From Octopus vulgaris (taxonomy: Eukaryota), in assembly GCA_951406725.2 (NCBI GenBank), contig OX597833.1, positions 8,866,001 to 8,930,000 of the forward strand: DNA of 64,000 nt, read 5' to 3'. This document shows positions 55,810 through 64,000 of this stretch, one piece after another. Position 1 is the first letter of the stretch; each line of letters starts with the position of its first letter. The position numbers were made by a program, and so were the translations under genes. Under the pieces are notes generated by a model. It was not told where the DNA came from. It did no database searches and was given only the letters and a program-made list of their open reading frames with translations.

Positions 55810-58212
55810 TGGAGGACAAGTTCTCGTCTCCAAAACTGAGTCAAAGATATTTTGTTGAGGTTTCAACATAAGATTAATGTGTTTCAAATATGATGAGAAG
55901 AGAAACTGGGAGAAGGATTCAAAATATGATTAAAGTCGGGTAATGAACATCGTTAATGTGTATCAAAGACAAATGTGCTGTTCTCTGGCCGAGTAGGGAG
56001 GACCTACCCAGATTAAAAATGCACTGTTGATTAGACAATAAAAACAAGTCATTTTCACAGACGGCAGTTTTTACAGGGATTTTTTTTTGTCATACACAAA
56101 AACATATATTTGTATGTTTGTTTATCATCATTTTATGTCCATTTATACTGGCGCAAGTCGGATGTTTCAGCAGGATTCATGAAAGATGGAGGATGATGTC
56201 TTGCTCAAATTTTTTATTTGTAGCAGCATTTCTATGGCCAGATGCCTTTCCTAATATCAAACATTTTACAAAATGTTCTGAGTACTTGTTTCTGTGACAC
56301 CAACACTTTAGAGATTGGCTTTTATCATTATCAAGATTTAAAATCTCTCTCGAGTCCTGCATTGTTGTCATAGAAATCGATTACCAATTAGTTACCGAGT
56401 GTAATATGAACCACATTTCATGAGGACTTCTTGGTTGGCCTATGAACGTCATATGTATGTGTGTATGTATATATACATGTGTGTGTGTGTATATATATCA
56501 GTAATCCTGTTGCAAGGTATGTCTGTGTCCAAGACTGAAGACAGTATTGTATGTATATGACTGGTCTTTACAATGAAGATGATTGCCTTCACATCATGTC
56601 TTAGTAATGTGTAACTCAACACAACCTGTTACAAAGTCAGACTATCAGCAACTGACAACCCTGTTTCGCCTGCTTGACAAGGAAGGTGGTCTTTGTTGGA
56701 CACCCTGCTTGACAAAAACCAGTCAAAACAGATCAACTCAGTAGGGTCAATGGCCATCCAACAGCTGGCAGTGAAAGATCTCCAGTCTTTGTTTCGACAT
56801 CTCTCTTAGAAGAAGGAAATCTGTCGTGTAGAAGCTGTAACTTTGCTTGCAACCAATGATGGAGATTAGTTCTTCTTTTTGGGCAAATGCAAACCTTGTT
56901 TAGAGGGTGGGATTGTCCCTGTGCAAGGCCTTTATGAAATTTTAACAGCTTCAGGCACAGGCATTGCGTTGCACATGCAGTTGGCTGTAGTCAAAAAGCA
57001 CAGATTGAAACTGCAAAATTCCAATATGGAATGAAGGTAAGTGTCAACATGAGTGGCAAGCTGTCAGAACACCTACTGCAAGAGGTGCCCATCTTAGCCA
57101 CATCTGTGCAAAAGTTTACAGGTCCCTAGCCAGAATGAAAAGCCAAATTCATGCTGCTTGTGTTTAAGAGAACTATCAATTGCTTGAAACTGTGTTGCAG
57201 CCACCATGTGTGTGTGTGTGTATGTATATGTGAATATACTTATAAGCATGTATATGGGAGTATTTGTACGTTTTCACACTGACACTCTTTGAGCAATGCT
57301 GAATCTGTTTATGTTCCAATTCTGTGTGGAGACGATCATCATCGTCGTTTAATGCTGGCATGGGTTGGGCAATTCAACAAAAGCAGAAGAGCCCAAGGGA
57401 TGCACCAACCTCTGTTTCTGGATGCCCTTCCTAGTCCAGCCCCTTTACCAAGTGGACTGGGTGCTTTTTGCATGGGACCAGCATCAGTGAGGTCATCAAA
57501 TATTTGCAAAACAAGATCTCTCAGCTGGGTGGGGAGATAGAATGGAGAGATAAGAAACTAGGATAGAGGGACAAGGACCAAGTATCTTGCTGAAGAAGTG
57601 AATACATGGATTGCCCAGAGAGAGAGAGAGAGAGGATGAGGGAATGTGGCTGTGTAGGTAAGTGTGCTGAGTGAGAATATTGTGAGAGGTGACTGGAGAC
57701 GGGAAATGAGTTGGAGAGATCAATCCAGTGGAGAGGAAGTAAAGGAGGGAAAGATGTGTTGTGTAGGGAAAGGCTTGACAGAAGCTTTGTTCTGCTGAGA
57801 TAGATAGGGCCTTCCCAAGCATTTCAGTACCTCATCATCTCTGAGAGGCTCCACAGCTTCAGCTCAGTCTTCACAACTTTGTCCCACATCTTCGGCTATC
57901 ACCAAACTAGCATTTCTCTATACAGTTGTTCTCATCCATTCACACCCCATAACTAGCAAAATCTTCCCCCTTACACCCCACTTCTGATGCCTAATTTTTC
58001 ACTCCACACATTTGTACTTTGTTTAAGAAGAATAAAAAAAAATCTATTACTTGACATAAGTGTCAGGGATTCGGCTGCAATAAAACTTGTCCAAGTCAAA
58101 CCAGGAGGAGAAGAGGACATTAGATCAGTGACTTCGATTAATTTTGAATGTGATAAAAAAAAAAATGTAATAAATTTGTCATTAAACTAGTGTGGAAGGT
58201 TTTAATTTAGAT

Positions 58213-59146
58213 TACCATAAATCCTCAAGTTTAATCAGTTTTTTATTTCCAAAATTTAAAGGTCAAATTCCCTAGTGCAATCTATATACAAGGTTTTCTA
58301 AGCAATGTCCGAGTCTCTATTTACTGTCCAGCAATATTTATTCAGACGCATTTTGTGATGTTGGGCGCAAAAATACCCTAAGCAATGAAGGCATAAAAGA
58401 ATCATCCATAACTTGCAGTAAGCAACATTTATTAAAATAAAAGTATTCAGAACACAGAATAACATGTAACAAAAGCAATTTGCAAACATATTTACATTCC
58501 CATATAACAGTTAAGAACATCACCATTATTGTATTACGCATGCGCGGAAGTGTTTGTTCGACTAGGTACTGCTGGCTTAATTATGTACGAATTGTGCTTA
58601 ATAGTTCATCCTGCTGTTTGTATTGGCAGTTTGCATCATTACCATGGCAAACAATAGATACTTAATTAAATATCAGTATTAAATGTTTGAACTACTGTGG
58701 GTCTTTACTAGGGTTTGTTTTTTATAAGCGGGACTTAAACCTGTACATTAATCTCCAATAAAGCATTTTATACATTACATGCCCATAAAATGCCTCATAG
58801 ATCTTATTCAGCTATGTTTAAACTTGAAGTTATATCATTTGTTGAAGAGCATGGTAATAGGGCCACCGGAAGAAAACTTGATATTGACGAAAGCAATGTC
58901 AGGTTATGGAGAAGAAATGAAGATGAAATTAAACAGATGCCAAAGATAAAGAAGTCAGGAAGGCAATAATAAAGGACTTTGCCGTATACATTTTTACAAA
59001 CCAAGGACGTTATATTGACCTCCTTGACTCAAGTTAGAGAAGGGGTGTGTATTATACACAAGGTTTAGGTTTCTCAGAGGTACAGTCCCCTAAAAATCCC
59101 CTGCGTATCATACACAAGGGCGGACTATACTCGAGGATTTATGGTA
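58213..59146. mobile_element. Non-autonomous pogo/Tigger-like DNA transposon (TA target)
   Basis: Termini taccataaatcctcaagttta / tatactcgaggatttatggta, with subterminal atacacaagg repeats. Confidence 0.75.
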
Positions 59147-59955
59147 CTTTAAATCATTCTCAGGAAGGTTGGTGCCAAAATGGTGAATTGTTTAATATTT
59201 TTACTTTGGTCCTGGAAGAATGGAAAATAAAGTTGACATCGGAAGGATTTGAAGAAGGAATACAATGGCATCTCATCAACTGCTCTACTTCTCCATACAG
59301 TCATCATCATCATCATCATTTTAATGTCCACTTTTCCATGCTTGCATGAATCAGACAGAATTCATTCAAATTCTTTATGGTTGGATGTCCTTCCTATCAC
59401 CAACCTTTACATGTTCCCAGGCAAAGTAATTTTACCCCATGGCCAGACATATTACCACAGAAGACGGGGGAAATGACTGCTTGTATGATGATGGTGAGGC
59501 TACTTTACGACCGTCACACGACGTCAAGACAAAAACACACACAGACGCACGGACACTCTAACACATGAGATGCCTCTTTCAGTTTCTGCCAAAAGAAATC
59601 CAGAGACAAGGTTTTTCTTAGCCTGAGGAGGCTATAGTAGAAAACATTTGGCCAAGGTGCCATGCAGTGGGACTGAACCTGGAACCACATGCTTGGGAAG
59701 CAGAGTTCTGAACCATACAAGCATCTAGTTAATAATAATTTAGGAAACCCCTATATGGATGTTTGAGCTACTTGAAATAGCAGCCAGGTCACATCATTTT
59801 ATAAAAGAACATGTTGCATCCAGTTGTCAGTTGTCCTCAGATCTCTGCAAAAGTCAGGAGGGTCATAGTTGGAATATCTTTGATTGATCAACATTTACCT
59901 GGGGTTACACAACATAATTATAATAATTAGAATAACAAGAATTCACAAAATAATT

Positions 59956-59961
59956 TTTATT
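59956..59961 (-). terminator. Polyadenylation signal of the NGDN-like gene
   Basis: Minus-strand AATAAA 15 nt after the TAG. Confidence 0.6.
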
Positions 59962-59976
59962 AATCAGAAATGCTGT

Positions 59977-61071
59977 CTAAAGTTTCCGTTTCTTTTTGAA
60001 ACCTGAAAATAAGAAAATTATAATTAACAAAATTCAGATCCAACAAATACAATTTCTTCTGTCAACAAATAACATAAACAGCCACCACCACCACTCATTA
60101 TGCATCATTAATGTTGTCATATTACTGAAGACTAAGTCTTTGAATTCTCTTGTATGCCACCATGTCTGTCCTTACCTCATTCTGGTTTTCCCCACCTTTT
60201 TAAAAGTGGATGGGGTCAGATATGGTGAAACAGTTTGGTTTTCTTGTTATGTCAGAATAAAGACAAATACTGCAAGTGAGGACAAGTCAAGCACCAACAG
60301 AGGGAACACACCCACACCATTTACATCAACGTACTTAACTCCAATGCATACCCACACACTGGTCTCCTCTCACAACCTTTTCTTCTTCTTCTTCTATTAC
60401 TACTACTACTACTACTACCACCACTACTACTACTACTACTGTAATGGCTTCTGCTTCTCATGGCTGGACTCATGCCACCGCTCAAGTACTCCTCCCATCA
60501 TCCGTGTTGTGTCCATTGATTCCATGTCCCACACCAATTACTAACCCCAATCTTTCTCTCCTAGATTGTTGGTCCTCTGCAGGACCCTCCTCAATCCCAT
60601 GTAATCAACTAATACCTCACCATCTCTAAAATTCCAGGCCCCATGCCAGTTGTAGAAAGAAATATTTGGATGATGCTGTCTAAAAACATCGCTCTACACA
60701 CAACAGTGTCTTTGTTCCCAATCTGCCATAGAAATGTCTAACCACAATGACAGGCGGTCGTTCTTCTGTAATCTTGGAAAATATTATATTAACCAGAAAC
60801 TAGCGATGGGAAGAACAACTGATCATAGAACTGCCTCAATAAGTTTAGTGTGACCCATGCTGGCAATGGAAAGTAGATGTTAAACCTATGACGATGACGG
60901 AGAATGGGTTTGTGCAGAGTTTGTGTGAACCAAACTTTTGCTAAGACATTTTGTTAAGCTGAAGAAGACAAGGTGTTGTGTGGTGGGTTTGAACTTGCGA
61001 CATGGTGCTTGTGAAACCAACTTTGTAAACATATGGGCTATACTTGCACCTCTCTCTCTCTCTCTCTCTCT

Positions 61072-61155
<84 letters not shown>

Positions 61156-62948
61156 TATACCACTCATGTACATACATAAACATACATATATACATACATG
61201 CATGCATTTCAAACTATGTGTTGCATAAATATATATTATACACAAACATATCTACAGACATATACAGAGATACACTCATAAAAATCCTTTAACTGCTCAC
61301 CTTTTTTCTTCCCTTTACCCTGCAAGAGTAAATAAGACATACTTAGTAACAGGTAGAATATACACATTAACACATACAAAGACACACAGATGCATTCTCT
61401 TTCTCGCACACACACAAAGTGGCATCAAATCAAGTAAGTTTTACATTCACTGTAACTCTAGGACTGAAAATAATTTCAATAACAGGACAGAGAATAAAAG
61501 GAACAAAACTATTATCATTATTACAAGGCAGTGAGGTGGCAGAATTGTTTGCACACCAAGTCACATGCTTTGCACGTCTTTAGGTTCTGAGCTCAGATTC
61601 TGCCAAATAAGAACTAGCTGAGCAGAGGGGCCAGGGTAATCGATTTACCTGCTCCCTTGAAATTGCTGGCTTTGGGCTAAAATCTGAACCATTATCATTA
61701 TTGTCATTGTTATAGGATTAAGTCATAACTAAGATTAAATTAAATCATAGCTAAGATAAGATTAATAACTAAGAGACGACTAATCATCGATAAGACAAAA
61801 TTTAAGACGAGGGCAAATTCCAAACTTCAAAATTATTTTTCAAACTTACCTTCATTTTTTTCTTTTTCTTGCTTGGTTCATCCTAAAGAAAGAAGACAAA
61901 AATATAGTTAAACATGGAGATGACCCCATTACTTGGATAGGCACCACCCGATGCCTGTGTCCACTGATGAGTGGTCTACTTGGCTCATATGCCAGACTAG
62001 ACAGAACATCAACCTCAACTGTGTCTGTCTACCCCACATACCCAGAATAACACCTATGTCTATATACCCAACAAGTTAAACTAAACCATGTAAGGGTGCT
62101 GAACTGACTATACAACAAAACACTCTGGTGTAGACTTGAACTCATGATCTCTCTCAGTCAACTCTTGTTCTTTACCAACAACATGTGTGTTTGGGGCACT
62201 GAATCCCTTCACAACCCTCCTCCACATCCTTGTGGCTGCACTGCTTTCTTGCAATATTGTGCGTGTCTATGTGCACACACGCACAAACAGGGGTGTGAGG
62301 CTGAGATATTAGCTTCTCAGCTAAGGGGTTAGGGGTTCAATTACACTGCATAGCATCTTGGGTCACTTTTCTTGTAATTTTGGGCTGACCTGAGTGAATT
62401 GGAGATGGAAACTGTACAAATCCTGTTCTACAAGTGTGTGTGTGTGTGTAGAGCAGATGGGAGCCGTGGAACAGGGAAAGCCAGGAAGCTATTGTAATTC
62501 AGGTGTAGCTGATTCCGTGATGCTGATGGTGAGTCCCTGAAACAATTTACTCCTTGTCAGGCCCTCAACAACAAAAGAAACAAGAGGCACATGGCCTTGT
62601 CCTCTTTCTTATCAATGACAATATTTCTGTCATCACTGCATTGCTGTGGGGAGTTCTTATCAGCTGAGGCTTTGGGGTTATTGGTATAGGGTCCTTCTAC
62701 ATATGTATTGTCCCTTCCAGCTCTGCATAAATCTAGTCAGCACGCTGTTCTTCAGACAATGACCAGCTCACAATGACACACACATTTTGCTATTATTTGG
62801 AAGTTTTAATGAAGAATTTATTTGAAGTAATTAGAGAAAAAGGTTATCTTACCAGGTGAAAATCATTTTCATCATAAAGAACGTTAATATTTTCAAAGTT
62901 GGCAAGTTGACCGAGAGAAGCTGATGTGGTAAGTCTTCGAGACGCCAT
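59977..62948 (-). CDS. NGDN: 3' end of a neuroguidin-like gene; join(62853-62948, 61850-61882, 61301-61319, 59977-60002); upstream exons not identified
   Basis: Four AG/GT-bounded exons (96, 33, 19, 26 nt) join in frame to MASRRLTTSASLGQLANFENINVLYDENDFHL-DEPSKKKKKMK-GKGKKKG-FKKKRKL*. This resembles the human NGDN C-terminus as I recall it (..LHSLTHFSDISAL..LDEDQNPIKKRKKIPQKGRKKKGFRRRR). Confidence 0.75.
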
Positions 62949-64000
62949 CTGCAAATAAAGGGAGACAACAATCAACGGACTGGTTTGGGACAAACAGAAG
63001 CAAACCTCACCTGGTCCTTTGGTATTTCCATAGGGTTGGCCAACACCACTATCCTGGGTGTCTAAGAGTGCTTGTCCTAACACACACCCCTAAAAATGAC
63101 ATGTTTAAAAACACAATCTGATCAGCTGGAGAAAGGGGACAGCTTTGAATACGTTGCTCTTCTCCTTACCTGGAGTTTGTAGTCAAAAGGCAGGGAGATG
63201 TGTTCGTGAAGACAAGAATCCATCTTGTATCATATTTAACATACCTGTCTTCAATGTATCCATACATGCCACTGGCCATTCTAAGTTGATTCTCTGAGTA
63301 CAATTTGCTTTAATTAGTCAGAAATATTTCCTCTTTTTGTGTGATTAAGCCTCAGTCAAGCTGGAGCAACTACTATGCTGACAATAGCGACTGAGGTAGA
63401 TTACACCTGGAAACAGCTGTCCGTTTGTCTTCATTCAATCAGATTCGCTTTTCTGTAATGGTTTTTCAATTTCAGAGAATTCTACATTTGCAACTACCAC
63501 TAGGCATCTGTTCATCCCAAAGCAAAGGTAACCTCAAATAAATCAAGAATTTATCTTGGATGCCATTTTATTCGTTTTAAGCTATTTTAATAAATTTTTA
63601 ATCCTCATCATCTTTATCTCAAATATTACCATTTTAACTCTTCTTGAAAATGACTGAAACTTTCAATATTTTTATATTTCAAAACCTTTACCTTCTCTTT
63701 CTTGCTGACTGGAAGTCTGACAAAGTTTTCTTCTTCATAACTGCAATGGAACAAAACCAAATGTCAATTACTTTAGAGTTTAGTCTTTGGAATTCAACAT
63801 GTGATATTGGAAGTTTTAATATTTCCCCAGACATTGTCCCTCTAAAATTCCAAAACAAGCAATTTCAAAGTGGCACTGATCAGCTGTGTGCATATATAAA
63901 TAATAATAATAATAATGAGAATGAGAATGATGAAGTAGCATTTCATAAATTTTAATTTACCTTTTTATTTAAATACAGCTTTATATATACATACACCTGA

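Noticed and set aside
59996-60544. 182-aa plus-strand ORF
   Set aside because: Low-complexity, non-ATG start and antisense to an NGDN intron; no recognisable domain.
63170-63300. Possible additional exon(s) of the NGDN-like gene (donor-like |gtaagg below 63170)
   Set aside because: The in-frame peptide MDSCLHEHISLPFDYKLQ does not resemble NGDN and the acceptor is poor. Upstream exons probably lie beyond the window.

Overview
AT-rich, microsatellite- and transposon-dense animal genomic DNA. The SINE/MITE repertoire looks like a coleoid cephalopod (Octopus-like); this is an inference from repeat recognition. Three protein-coding loci are supported. (1) An intronless SAMHD1-type HD-domain dNTPase lacking the SAM domain (11280-12635, +). 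(2) A complete 5-coding-exon BMP R-SMAD gene, SMAD1/5-like, 465 aa (46459-23923, -), whose exons I joined in phase at GT-AG boundaries. (3) The last four exons, including 33-nt and 19-nt microexons, of a neuroguidin (NGDN)-like gene (62948-59977, -). The first 11 kb is a nest of elements in kilobase (TA)n tracts: two young CR1-group LINEs, one split with its 3' part inverted tail-to-tail, plus SINE/RTE-type 3' ends, a small MITE and a minimal hammerhead-like motif. The rest holds Tc1/mariner, pogo-like and TTAA-flanked elements, RTE relics and several fold-back structures. Most short ORFs in the supplied track are microsatellite or repeat noise. All calls are by eye; no searches were run.
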